The translations under genes were made by a program, and so were the position numbers. DNA of 64,000 nucleotides, from assembly GCF_028641065.1 (NCBI RefSeq), contig NC_073391.1, forward strand, positions 12,586,001 to 12,650,000, written 5' to 3'. Under the pieces are notes generated by a model, which searched no databases, was not told the DNA's origin, and was given only the letters and a program-made list of their open reading frames with translations. Of the stretch, positions 11,986 through 24,114 are shown piece after piece. The stretch comes from Leucoraja erinacea (lineage: Eukaryota). Within the stretch, counting starts at the first letter, position 1; each line of letters starts with the position of its first letter.

Positions 11986-12624
11986 CAAGTCTCCTTGCTT
12001 GAGCCAAAATCTGTGTTCTTACTCTCTCCGCATGTGACATTCATTTATCTTTTTTTATTTTCACACAAGCCTCTTTCTTTACATTCTCATCACCAATTTG
12101 TAATGTACGTGGAGGCTCTTATACAAACTGCGATGAGTGCTGGGATGTAATGAATCACTTAGGGACACAGAAAACTGCTAAAATACCTTCAACTTGTTTA
12201 TTCTCCTCACACCAACTACATGGTGTATGTGTGCATACTTCATTTTTACGTCTCATCTTTATATACACTACACTAATGAAGATGTATAGAGTATATTAAT
12301 TCAAAAGGGATGTAATAATCACAGCGGAACAATGTTAATGAGCATACCTGGCAGATTTCAGACACCTTTTGCCAGAGAGGAGTTTTGTGCATTGGCGACT
12401 CTTTGCTCAAGAGATAGAAGGACATCTTCGCCAGCAGGGTGAGAGGCTACCCCTGTGATGCCAACACCACCCCCCTCCCACCGCCTTCCACCCTACACAC
12501 CTTTGTCTGGCCTCCCTCCATACTTTGCAATCTAAACCTAAGCCAATGACCAACGCACCAAATAATGTTGTGGGAGTGGAGGGGTAGACCAAGCGGCCGG
12601 AGGATATTGTAGCAGAATGAAGGA

Positions 12625-12935
12625 CGTGTGCAGTTGTGCCTTAACTGTATGCATCTGTGTGTGCATGGATTTGCAGGCATATGTGCACATGCATGTGCAT
12701 ATTATTAAATGGACGCATGTGCTTTTCTGTATGTGCATATGTGTGTGTGTGTGTGTATGTGTGTGTGTGTGTGCGTGTTCTTGTGTGTGTGTGTGTGTGC
12801 ATGCTTTTGCAGGCACATGTGCCCATGCATGTACATATGTGTGTGCTTTTCTATATGTGTATATGCATGTGCATGTCCGTGTGTGTGTGTGTGTGCGAGT
12901 ATGAGTAAGTGCATATGCATGCATGTACACAAGTT
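12625..12935. repeat. Degenerate (TG/CA/TA)n alternating purine-pyrimidine tract
   Basis: Direct inspection. Confidence 0.95.
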
Positions 12936-12964
12936 TGAGTGTGATTCTTAGTGTGCTGCAGTTC

Positions 12965-13183
12965 ACCTTGATATGTATTGTGAAATCATAAAACCTCCTG
13001 CAGCATTTTTTCACCATGTGAGAATTTTTCCAGGATGTGACGACTCCAGCCACTGCCCTTGTTCTCCCTAAACTGGTCTGACCAGCCTCTTTCCTCCTTC
13101 CTCTATCTCACTGGTGAGAACTTTAATATCTCCCTCTGAAGATGCAACCGTGCGAGCACCTTCCCTTTGCTTTGCAAGCCATG
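12965..13183 (-). pseudogene. Harbinger Myb/SANT-like gene relic
   Basis: Broken frames SSEGDIKVLTSEIEEGGKRL and VAGVVTS...KKCCRRFYDFTIHIK resemble the FS..E...L..EV / QC..KF.DL trihelix motifs. Confidence 0.5.
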
Positions 13184-14238
13184 GTGTGAAATGTAACATG
13201 GTACTGGTGATAACAGCACAGGTTGTATTTCAATACGTATTTTTGTGCTGAACACATCCTGCTGCTGTGACACATTTGCTTTTGTCCAAATTTGGTGTTA
13301 TTCTCAAGGGGAGGGAGCTGATGGTTTGGATGCTAGATTCAACAATATCATGATAGTTGCAGTCTAATTTCTATGCACCAAACTCTTATTTAAACGTTGT
13401 GTCGCATATCTTTGAATATATTCTTGCTAGCTGGGAAATGGACATCTTCAGAAATATTTTTCAGTGTAAGAATACTATATCGTACTCCTAGGAATGCTGT
13501 AAGTTAACATTCTCCAGGCTGGGTAGTGGTGAAAACGGATCAAATTCGACACACGTTGGGAAGTGGAATAGGAGCCAGATGAGGAAACAGTAGATCATGT
13601 GGGCAATATATCTGTAGTGGAACAAATTACATCCTGGGATGCCCTCTTCATTGCAACGTTTGCTGGTGTTCCAGCAACACAGGGCTCACACAAGTTCATG
13701 CAGAAGGCATGTTTAATCTCCTCTAATATTCGTAAATCACTAACACTGAGGAATCCTTCATAAATAAGCAAGCCCTTTTCACTTTATCCCAAGAGCTAAG
13801 TTCATCTCGACCCAGTCATCACTAAACAACTGGTAAGACTAATCACCAAGCATCAACTAAGAATGAGAAAGATAGTAAATAAAATGATGTAAATAAAAGT
13901 ATATATAAGTACATGCATTGACCAGTGTTTTTTTTTTGTTTACCTATAAATCTTCATTAATCCTCTCCAGTGATTCTGCATGGTGCAAGCATTGAGATTT
14001 TTTCAGTGGGTGAAGCAGGCTGTTGTGACACTCTTGGACAATGTCCTCTGAGTTGTGTGATTCATGAGACAAGCCTACTCTGACCGTAGCCCCGTCAGGA
14101 AAGATTTGGCTATTTGTACCCGGACCTCCATGCAATGTCCTGGGATGGTGCAACAGGGAAGATGAGGGACACCATAGAAATCGTAACATTTTGATCAATG
14201 TTCCCTCATCCCTGTCCCCAAAACCACCATCCCTTGTG

Positions 14239-14402
14239 AGAAAGAAGACACAGTGCTGGAGTACCTCAGCATTCTTTGAAGAAGGGTCCTGACCCAAAAT
14301 GCCATCTATCCATGAGCTGCTGAGATGCTATCTGATCCACCGAGCTACTCCATCACTCTATGTCTTATGTTGTAAACCAGCATCTGCAGTTCCTTATGTC
14401 TA
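14239..14402. mobile_element. Penelope pLTR-derived short element, inverted dimer
   Basis: Perfect TSD CATCCCTTGTG (14228-14238, 14403-14413). Confidence 0.85.
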
Positions 14403-14824
14403 CATCCCTTGTGCGAACCTGACCCATTTTCCTACATTTTGCATCAGATTAGTGTCAAGCTGAAAGGGTAATGCCGGATAATTGCTCATCGTATTAAATC
14501 AGTGTGAGAGTCTTCATTGCAAGCTTGTTAGATTATTGTGTTTGGAGCTCCAAGTACTTGGCTGGTCTATTCGGGGAGAAGATATTATCATAATGCTCTG
14601 TAAAAACCAAGCGACTCATGCTTGCTGGACTCTGCCAATTACTCTGCAATCATGCACAATGTGTTTGGAATGTCTAGCAGCTGTTGCTTTATCTCTTCTG
14701 CTGCTCAAACAGCACTCCCTCATTGACAGACCCCTGCAGTCAGTATCTGCATCCAACTGACCAGAGGTGAATTGTCCTGCCTCCCTCTGGTGACGTTTTA
14801 CCTCAGTGCCCCGTCATTACCGTC

Positions 14825-15390
14825 TGTTCATGTTCATAAGTGATCATAAGTGCTAAGAAGCAGAATTAGAACATTCGGCCCATCAAGTCTACTCTGCCAT
14901 TCAATCATGGCTGATCTACATTTCCCTCTCAACCCCATCATCACTAGGTGGCGCCATATGATGGCAGCCTCGCCAACAGTCTGTCTCGTCCTTTTGTTGT
15001 TATCTGTCTGTTGTTAAATATATGCTTTAGTGTATTTTTAGTTTTGTACTATGTGGGGGGTGGGGGTTGGGGGAAACTTTTTAAAATCTCTTCCTCAATG
15101 GAGATGCAACTTTTTCCGTATCGTATCTCCGTTCGCAGTGCGCTATGGTGGATGTTTATGTTAATTTTGATGTAGTTGTGTGTCTTGTTGCTTTTGTGTA
15201 TGACTGTATAGCAAATCAAATTCCTTTTATGTTTTTACATACTTGGCTAATAAATGAATTACAATACAATACAATACAATACAATTCGCCTACTGCCCAT
15301 AACCCCTGACACCCGTACTAATCAAGAATCTATCTTTCTGCCTTAAAAATATCCATTGACTGTATCTCTGCCTTAAAATTCTCCATTGAC
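14825..15390 (-). mobile_element. CR1 3' end split by a Rex-tailed insert
   Basis: CR1 tail sequence stops at about 14938 and resumes at about 15285. Confidence 0.8.
14941..15285 (+). mobile_element. Non-autonomous retroelement with Rex-Babar-like tail
   Basis: AATAAA followed by an (ACAAT)n tail. Nested in CR1. Confidence 0.65.
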
Positions 15391-15540
15391 TGTTTCACTT
15401 ATGAAGTACATGACACCAGGTGAACACCCAGTTATCCAGGCTGTGTGAAAGCCCTTGAAGAGGATAAGAGTTGGGGAGTCATAAAATAGAAAACCAGACC
15501 CTTCATCCCACCCAGTCCATGCTGACCATCAAATACCCAT

Positions 15541-15790
15541 TTCCTCAGCCAACAATGGGCCATTGTGGGCTCCACCCTTCCTCAGTTATCTGTTGCTGGC
15601 CCTGATTTGCTCTGGCCTTTCCCTACCTCCAGTCCCCCAACTACTTTCAGTCTGAAGAAGGGTTCCAACCCGAAATGTCACCCTGTCACCTGTACGTTTT
15701 CTCCAGAAATGCAGCCTGACCCATTGAGTTGATCCAGCACTTTGTGTCTATCTTTGGTATTAAACCAGCATCTGCAGTTCCTTCCTACAC
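15541..15790 (+). mobile_element. 5'-truncated Penelope pLTR insertion
   Basis: TSD AAATACCCAT (15531-15540, 15791-15800). Carries the hammerhead core. Confidence 0.85.
15648..15682 (+). ncRNA. Minimal type I hammerhead ribozyme motif (best-preserved core)
   Basis: CUGAAGA (15652-15658), A, stem II GGGUU/AACCC, GAAA (15672-15675), U, GUC (15677-15679). Confidence 0.7.
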
Positions 15791-16016
15791 AAATACCCAT
15801 CCATGCCTGATTGAGAGTTGTGACAGTAAGAAATGTTACAGGTTATCATTAAACACCTGAACATGTTTCACCAGTTGAGACAGTACTGCATGCCACATGG
15901 TTACATGATAATTAAATCTGTCACCAGGTAATCGGAACTTCCCTCTTGCCCCAGCTCTAACAGTCTGTTGGTCTCCAGTGCTTCCTCCTCTGCCGATAGA
16001 AAAGTCTACGGCCTTC

Positions 16017-16323
16017 AGTTTAATTCAATTTAGTTTAAAGGTTCAGCGTGGAAGCAGGCCCTTCGGCCCACCGAGTCCATGCAGGCCAGCGATCCCGTAC
16101 ACCAGCCCTATCCTACACACTAGGGACAATTTACAATTTTTACCAAAGCCATTTAACCTACAAACCTGTACGGCTCTGGGGAGGAAACCAAAGTACCCGG
16201 GGGAAACCCATGCGGTCACGGGGAGAACCTACAGACTCTGTACAGACAGCACCCATACTTAGGATTGAACCCGGGTCTTTGGTGCTGTAAGGTAGTAACT
16301 CCACTGCTGCACCACTGTGCTGT
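16017..16323 (-). mobile_element. tRNA-derived V-SINE (HE1-like)
   Basis: Same head, core and tail as the other copies. Confidence 0.9.
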
Positions 16324-18083
16324 CTCTTTGTCTCTTGAGGGAAATGTGTAAAAGACCACAGAAAGAAAGGATTGGTGAACATGCATTGGGTCAGACACCA
16401 CATGCAGTCGGATGGAGATATGGACACCATTGTTCTAATTTGCCCTGCCTTGTTGAATCCGTAGGCACTACACATCCAGGAACGGATGTTCCTGTCAGCT
16501 CCATGTCTTTGTAACTGGCTCCTTGAATAACGTCTCCATTACAGCCCTGACCAACACAAGCACAGGGAGGTGAGGCTAAAGTAATGTGCAGCCTTTGAAA
16601 TTGTACCTTACCAAGCAATACTTATTTATTTCATCTACAACTGCCCCTATGTACATTTTTGAGTTTCCCATTTTGAATAAATGAAATTCTTTGATGCGCT
16701 CCCCCCCAAAAAATCAAATTAGAAATCAAAAATATCAGTTGTTAATGTGTGAAAATGCCACTGATGTATTTTCCTCAAATGATTCTATATTCTCCATACA
16801 CTATGGACTCCATCTCCACAGTACCCACCCGTCCAGTGACCTTTGTTTAATTCCAGTGTCTAATCTCCCTTCCATTAGCTAAGAGTTTAATGTAAGGAAC
16901 AAGCAGTTGAAACACATTGCATCCAGTTCTCTCTAAACAAGCTGTCAGTTTTGTTTGTGGGCACACATCAATTCAATGATTATGACTGGAATGTTCAGTA
17001 GAAAGCTGGTATGACTTGATGGGCCAAATGGCCCCCTTCCATGTGGCAAAAATGGTAAGATTATTTGGACACTCACGGATTATGCAGCAATTTCCGGAAT
17101 GCAATCGTATCTCAGGAAAGAAAATATAATTTTCATTATTGTTTCATAATGAACACCCGCGCCAATGTTTTCTTAACTAGCTCATTTCTACATATGTGAA
17201 TGGGACACAGCTGCATTGATATATAGCACAGCTACTAAATGCCAAGCAAAATGAATCAGGCTGAGAAGCAGATGATTTTTTTTCAGTGATCATTGTAGAA
17301 GAGTATGTGATTCCAAAATGCAACTAACTTTGTGTGTAGAATGATGCCAACAGAATACTGCTCACTTAATATATTGATTAATGAAACAATTCTTCAGCTG
17401 CTCAGAAGCAGTGTACAGCCTGATAAAATGACACGGTACTTTGGTTACATATGGATTCAGGTCTTGCACAATAATGTGCTATTGTCAGAGTCTATGAAAC
17501 CCAGATTGTCTCAGTTGAGATTTTTTAGCTAGTACATTTCTCAACCGCTTGGCTGATAGATTGAAAATCAAAAATACACTGCAGTGCTTGTTTAATATCA
17601 TAACATTGCCAACTGTTTTTCTGTAAGACCGCATCTGAATAATTGGATCAAATATATGTGCATCAAATATATGTGCACTGAACCATGCCAATATTGGTTA
17701 GCATGATAATAAGTCACCAATCGGCCATTTATGTGTAATTGATTTAAATGATACTACAGTAATAATGTACTTTTCACCAGTTGGATATCTCCATAGAGTG
17801 TGGACACATATAAAGATGATAAATGCCAGTCTGTGACATCATGTTAAAAGACAAACACATGGCTGGCATCCTGTATATTTCAGAACAATCTATTTTCAAG
17901 GGAGTCATCATTGACTGCTCCACCAGCCTGAACAAATCAGGAGCAATGTGAAATGCATTTATTCAAAACTACTTCAAGGTGGGATGAATGTTGAATAATC
18001 CTTTTAATATGCAGTAAGCTCTGTGCTGATAGGTTGTTAATGTGGTGCAGCCTAAATAACTCATCATATAAATCTGTTTTGAA

Positions 18084-18290
18084 GACCAAAGACATGTATG
18101 TTGGTGGGTTAATTGCCCACTGTACATTGTCCATAGTGTGTAGGTGGGTGGTAAGATATGGGGAGGGATGGGGGCTGGGGGTTATTGAGAATGTGGGGAG
18201 AATGACAATGGGGTTAGTGTAAATAAGTAGTTGATGTACTTGGTGGACCAAAGGACCCGTTTCTATGCTGTAATTCTCTCTAACTATGAC
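18084..18290 (+). mobile_element. V-SINE 3' half
   Basis: CCAAAGACATGTATGTTGGTGGGTTAATTG core end plus CR1-like tail. Confidence 0.7.
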
Positions 18291-19334
18291 TTTCTGACCA
18301 ACATTGTAAAAATGTCAGTTTTAATATCAGTCTGATGACAGTTTAGTTTGGACATTAGCGCATGGATTCCACTCGTCTTAGTGGAACTTTGACAAGATTC
18401 TGCTTCCACTCACTCCTGTATATTCTCCCTAATCAAAACCTATTTGCGCCATGAGATTCTGAAATATTTCATGCCTTCCAGAAGGACGGTGGGAGAATAT
18501 TCCCAGCAACGTTGCAGGAAACCATGACTGCACCGGAAGTTTTGACAAGGGCTCGTAAAAGAACAGGAGTGATCCTGGAATGGAACACAATCTCCCACTG
18601 AGATCCTCGGCCGACAAGGAGTCCAAGTAATGATTCTCTGGGGTGCAGTGGGAAGAGAATCTCTTCCTTCACTTTAACAGCCTCTTCAAATAAAACCAGT
18701 GAGAATTTATGATGCAGAAGGAGGATATTTAGCCTAACTTCTGTGTGTTGATTGACGAAGAGGTACCCAACGTGGCCCCACCTTCACTCACTTGATCCAT
18801 AGCCTGCAGTTCATGTTGGTTCAAGCACATATCCAGGCACTTTCAAAATGTGGCGATGGTCTCTGTCTCAACCATTCTTTTGGGCAGTGAATTCTTCGCC
18901 CCTGCTATCCCACTGCTGAGAAAAAAACATCTTTGTCTTCACCTTAATCCTCCAACCAATTTATTTGAATCATTGCTGAACACACAAGACTGCAGATGCT
19001 GGAATCGTGATCAATGAGAATCTTGACCAAAAATCATGTTTCTGGATCAGGTCTTTTCTATCTAGGACTCCCGTAATTAGATCGTTTTTGCAAAGGAATC
19101 TACTCTTATCCGTACCCAAACTACCCTAGCTCATCAATTATTTCCTCGTAGCTGAATTTTTCCAGTCCTGACAACAAAATGCTGGTAAATCTCCACATGC
19201 TCACCAGAAAAGTCAAATCATTCCCTTATCGGGCCAAGCAGAACTAGTGCTACTACATCTCTCCACAATTACCTCTGCTCATCTTAAGTTCTATATTTCA
19301 ATTAAAACATCCCACAAGCCTCTTAACCATTTTA

Positions 19335-20770
19335 CAGACTATCGCCGATACCTCTCTCCCCTTTCTTGATCTCTCTGTCTCCATCACAGGGAACGGACTT
19401 TCGACGGGGCGACTGCAAACCTGCCGACTCCAACAGGTATCTGAACTCCACTTCCTTCTACCCTGCCTCTTGCAAAGATGCAAAGATTCATTGTAGACCT
19501 GTGAACTATCTTTAATTGGACTCCATCTTATACTAAATGTTGTACCCTTTATCCTTTATCTGCACACTGTGAATGGTTTGATTATGATCATGTATAGTCC
19601 TTTGTATGACCAGATAGCAGAAAAACAAAAGCTTTCCACTGTACCTCTGTACAGTGACAATGATAAACCAAACTGTTTCTGACGCTCAGCTTCTCAGTCT
19701 CTGCTGCATCTGCTTCCAAGATAAGTCTTTCCATTCTAGGACTCTGAGATATTACATGGTTTTCCCCCCTACTGTCATGGATGTTGCCCTCACCCGCATC
19801 TACTCTGTGTCCCGTGGTTCTGCTCTCGCTCCCCATCACCGCAGATGGAACAAGTATAGAGTTCTCACCTTGCAGCCGCTGCACCCAACACATCAGTCTC
19901 TGATGTTTCTATCGCCTCAAGTGTAATCCCACCACCAGTCACATCATCCCATCCCCATCCCTTTCCACCTTCTGCAGAGACCACTCCCTTCAGAACTCCA
20001 TCGTTCACTCCTTCCCTTCCCACCCATTCACCAGCTTCTTTCCCCTACAACCACAAGAGATGTAACGCATGTCCCTTTACCTTCTCCTACACCTCCATCC
20101 GGTGTTCCTGAAGTGGCCTCTCCATCGGCGTGAACTGGCATAGACTCAGCGACAGTTTCGCCAAAGACATAATGGATCTCCTGGTTGCCAACCATTTAAA
20201 TTCCTCATCCCATTCCCACACTGACCTGTCTGGCCTGGGCCTCCACCATTGCCAGAGCGAGGTCACATACAAACTGGAGGAGCGATGTCTCATATTCCAC
20301 TTGGGTAGCATCCACCCCAATGGTATGAACAGTGAATACTCCAATTTGAGGAAACAACAATATCCCCCCCTCTCCTTTCTTCCCCCCTAAACCCCCCCCC
20401 ACCCCCCTCCCTTCTTTCTCTCCTTCCTCCCTTGTGCCTCACCTGGCCTCTCACCTTACCCCCCCCCCCCCCCCCACCCTCATTCCTTCCTCTCGACTCC
20501 ACATTTCTCAAATCTTCAATCCTTGTGGCTCCACACCCTCTGCCTTTTCATCTTTAGCCTTTGCCCAACCTCTTCCAATCAAAACACGTCTTTATCTGCA
20601 TGAACCTATTACCTGCCAGGTTTTGACCTGCCCATTCTCTTTTCCAGCTTTCTTTCCCCTTCCTACAATCAGTCTACAAGAATGGTCCTGGCCTGTAACT
20701 TCACCAACCTGTGTTCTCCAGTGATGCTGCCTGACCATTGGAGTTACTCCAGCAGTTTGTGTCTTTATTG
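19335..20770 (+). mobile_element. Penelope-like element 3' part: RT thumb, GIY-YIG endonuclease and pLTR
   Basis: DTSLPFLDLSVSITG, QLLSLCCICFQDKSFHSRT, and ORF 20130-20390 VANHLNSSSHSHTDLS...KLEERCLIFHLGSIHPNGMN (PLE GIY-YIG C-terminus), followed by the same terminal repeat as the short elements. Interrupted by a Rex tail at 19482-19672. Confidence 0.9.
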
Positions 20771-21284
20771 ACGTATCCTGTTGCCTCTAAGATTAATTGA
20801 CCCCCAATGCCTCTCTGTTTCTTTAACCATCTTCATGTCCTTCTGTTGAGTGTACGTTCTCTTGCCTTGTTCACACTCCCAAAATGCAATAACCCACATT
20901 TCTCCAGATCAAATTTAATTTGTTGCTTTTCTGTCCAATTGATTAGTCCATTGATATCCATCTCAGATCTTTACCTCTCCCTGTCAACCACATGGCCTAA
21001 TGTTGTATCATCTACAAACTTCATTATCATGCCTTGTAGGTTGATCATGCCAACACACTGACTTAATTAGCCTCCTCAACAAGTTTAATCAGACATAAAG
21101 GCAGAGGATGGTGGAATTACTCAACATGTCACACCACATTGGTGGAGAGAGAAGCAAAATAAGCATTTTAGATCAAAGAACTTTAATCTGAGCTCTTCAC
21201 TATTTTGGATACCCAGCATCTACAGTTACTTCATGACACAATTTCCCCCAACAAATTCATGCTGATTACCTTTATTTAATCTAC

Positions 21285-21845
21285 TGTATATGATGACGCC
21301 GCTTTTGGAGCACCGTGTTCAATGTTGGTCACCTTGCGATAGGAAGAATATCATTAAGCTGGAATGGGTGAGGAGATTTGTGGGGATATTGTCAGGACTC
21401 GAGGATTTGAGCTATAGGGAAAGGTTGAACAGGCTAGGACTTTATTCCTTGGAGCGCAGGAGGATGCGGGGCGATCTCATAGAGGTGTGCACAATCATGA
21501 GGGTAATAGATAGGGTGAACACACAGAGTCTTTTACCCAGGAGAATCAAGAACCAGAGGACATAGGTTTAAGGTGAGGGAGGCAAGATGTAAAGGAATCT
21601 AAGGGACAACGTTTTCACCCAGAGGATAGTGGATATATGGAATGAGCTGCCGAAGGAGGTAGTTAAGGCAGGTACTTTAACAACATTGAAAAGACACTTG
21701 CAGAGGTATATGGGTCGGAAAGGTTTGGTGGGATATGGGGCAAACACATAGAAATGGTACTCGCTTAGATGAGGCAACTTGGTCTGCATTCACCAGTCGG
21801 GCCGATGGGCCTCTTTCTGTGCTGTACTATGTTTCTGTGACTCTC
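21285..21845 (+). mobile_element. CR1 LINE 3' fragment
   Basis: ORF 21290-21565 LSYRERLNRLGLYSLERRRMRGDLIEV plus tail. Confidence 0.92.
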
Positions 21846-22486
21846 TGCCATTTGATGTGAAAGTTTAATTTGTCCCTCATATTTGATTCCAATAATTTGT
21901 TCACTATTAAAGTTAAAATAACTGGCCTGTAACTATCCAGTTGATTCCTTCCTCCCATTTTAAATAATAAAACAACGTTAGCAATCCTCAAATTCTCTGT
22001 TGATAGAAGGGATTGGAAAGTGATTATCAGGGTTTTTTTTTTGTTCTTTTAACAGCCCGGGAGATATTGCATCAAATCCTGGCAATTTATTGACTTTCAA
22101 AAATGCAAAACTCTTTATAGCCCCTCTCCTACTATGTTTAGCCCATTCAGTTCATCGCCCATAAGTTACACCAGCTCTTCCTTTCCAGTGACAAACACAC
22201 AGTAAATGCTGGCATTGCTCTCATTTATCTTCTTGGATCCTGGGGTCACAACTGGACATGGTAGCATCCATTTAAGCACCTGCAGCTATTAGACATATTC
22301 CAGAGGGAACTGTGTTGAGCAATGTTTTCATAAAGGGATTTGTATTTGTTCCTGTTGCCTACCAGTACCGAGGAAATCATCAAACGCAATGCGATGCTGA
22401 TTTGACATCATCATTGCCTTTCTGAATTATGATGCTCCAGACCTATGTCTCACTTAAACTTCAAAACAAGAACATATTATGCATTG

Positions 22487-22710
22487 TAGTAGGAAGGAAC
22501 TGCAGATACTAGTTTAAATCGAAGATAGACACAAAATGCCGGAGTAACTCAGCGTGACAGGCAGCATCTCTGGATAGAAGGAATGGGTGATGTTTCGGTT
22601 CGAGACCCTTCTTCAGACTGAATCAGGGAGGAGGGAGAACAGAGATACAGAAATGTAAGGTGTGAAAATGAGACAAAGGGAATGCAGATCAAGGAAAATG
22701 TAGAATAGAT
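22487..22710 (-). mobile_element. Penelope pLTR insertion with hammerhead motif (22586-22620)
   Basis: Reverse strand CAGTCTGAAGAAGGGTCTCGAACCGAAACATC. Imperfect TSD ACATATTA.GCA. Confidence 0.85.
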
Positions 22711-22826
22711 ACATATTAAGCAGTTTATTTTGAAATATTTGTCAGGAAGTAATAATGCAGGAATACTGTATGTATTATCTACAAATATCTTTATCATGTT
22801 CTGTATATTTAGTTCTATGTCAGTAA

Positions 22827-24114
22827 TCTATATTACTAAAAGTCTGATCTTGACCACTTCCTGTTGTTCTGTATATTGATTTTAGAAAAAAACGCTGCCG
22901 CTTACGGCTGTGATTTTTGGCCATCTTGCTCAGTCGCCTTCCGCTGCGCAGGACAAGAGGATTTTTCCCATTGGTGAAAAATAAAAGAGTTATTAGTGTT
23001 TAAAAAATGTTGAGATTCTCTCTCCTGAAGGCCACACCCCTTCTGGAGGAACTATAAAATCCAGAAGTGTTGAGTGCCTCAGTCAGTTTCTGCAAGATTG
23101 GGGAGCAAGAGGGTCACGTCTCTCAGTCTGAGCTGTGAATAACACTGAACACATATCTACTAAACTGTGAGTGGTTTTACTGACTTGTCAGTGCCCTTAA
23201 TGTGGTTTGAAAATATAATTTGGAAATGCTAAAGCTGTGTTGCCTTTGGTTTGGATATGCTAAAGCTGTGTTGCCTTTGGTTTGGAAATGCTAAAGCTGT
23301 GCTGCCTTTGGTTTGGAAATGCTAAAGCTGTGTTGCCTAGTTAAAGTTGCCTTGCCTAATTAAAGTTGCCTTGACTAATTAAAGTTGCCTTGCCTTCTAT
23401 ATAATTAAAAGTCTAATCTTGACCACTTCCTGTTTGCGCTTTATATTGATTTTAGAAAATACGCTACCATGTATGGCTGTGATTTTGGCCATCTTACTCA
23501 GAGTCCCCCTCCGCTCATCAGGTGCCAAGGATTTTTTCCATCGATAAAAAATAAAAGAGTTATTAGTGTTTAAAAAATGTTGAGATTCTCTCTCCTGTCA
23601 ATCACGCCATGAGGCCACGCCCCTTCTGGTGATGGAGGGGGACTATAAAACCTGGAAGTGTGGGCGGGGCTCAGTCTCTGCAAGATGGGTGAGGGAGAGG
23701 TCATGACTCGGTGTGTTTAGCGGCCTTGCACCCTGCTTGAAGTGGTATGAAACTGCACTTGAATTTGGTAGCCTTGCACCCTGCTTGAAATGGAATTTCA
23801 AGGAATAGCCGTGAGTCAACTGCCAGCCCACCAGCCGTGAGTGGGTGAGCTGCCAGCACAACAGGCTTGAGTGAGTGAGCCACCAGCCCAAAAATCCATT
23901 CGGCCCACAATGTCCATACTAGCCCTCTGGAAACCAGCCCCTTTAGCCCACAACACCCATACTAGTGCTCCAGAATGCCCCCCCCCCCCCCCCCCCCCCC
24001 CCCCTCCCTCCCTGTGGCCACTAATATTGGAATTGGTGGAGAGGTGGGAATATTGCGTTGGGGGACCAGCCCTCCCTTGTGATGCTGGGACCCAACGGGT
24101 CCCACTTAGTCTAG
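22827..24114 (+). mobile_element. Composite non-autonomous Helitron
   Basis: A|TCTATATTACTAAAAGTC 5' end, TGGGACCC-AAC-GGGTCCCA hairpin (24086-24104) and CTAG|T 3' end. No TSD. A second 5' end lies at 23396. Confidence 0.92.
23203..23395 (+). repeat. 31-bp and 19-bp tandem arrays inside Helitron
   Basis: About 4 copies of GGTTTGGAAATGCTAAAGCTGTGTTGCCTTT, then 3 copies of AATTAAAGTTGCCTTGCCT. Confidence 0.9.

Larger units (their letters stand above)
18700..22200 (-). mobile_element. Old CR1 LINE, fragmented by several younger insertions
   Basis: Antisense CR1 pieces at about 18700-19325, 20770-21070 (reverse strand reads K-F-V-D-D-T, an FADD-like motif) and 21850-22200. Confidence 0.6.

Noticed and set aside
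12538-12960. Overlapping His/Thr- and Cys/Val-rich ORFs
   Set aside because: Translations of the (CA/TG)n microsatellite.
17647-17676. Perfect 15-bp tandem duplication ATCAAATATATGTGC
   Set aside because: Ordinary slippage duplication with no further structure.
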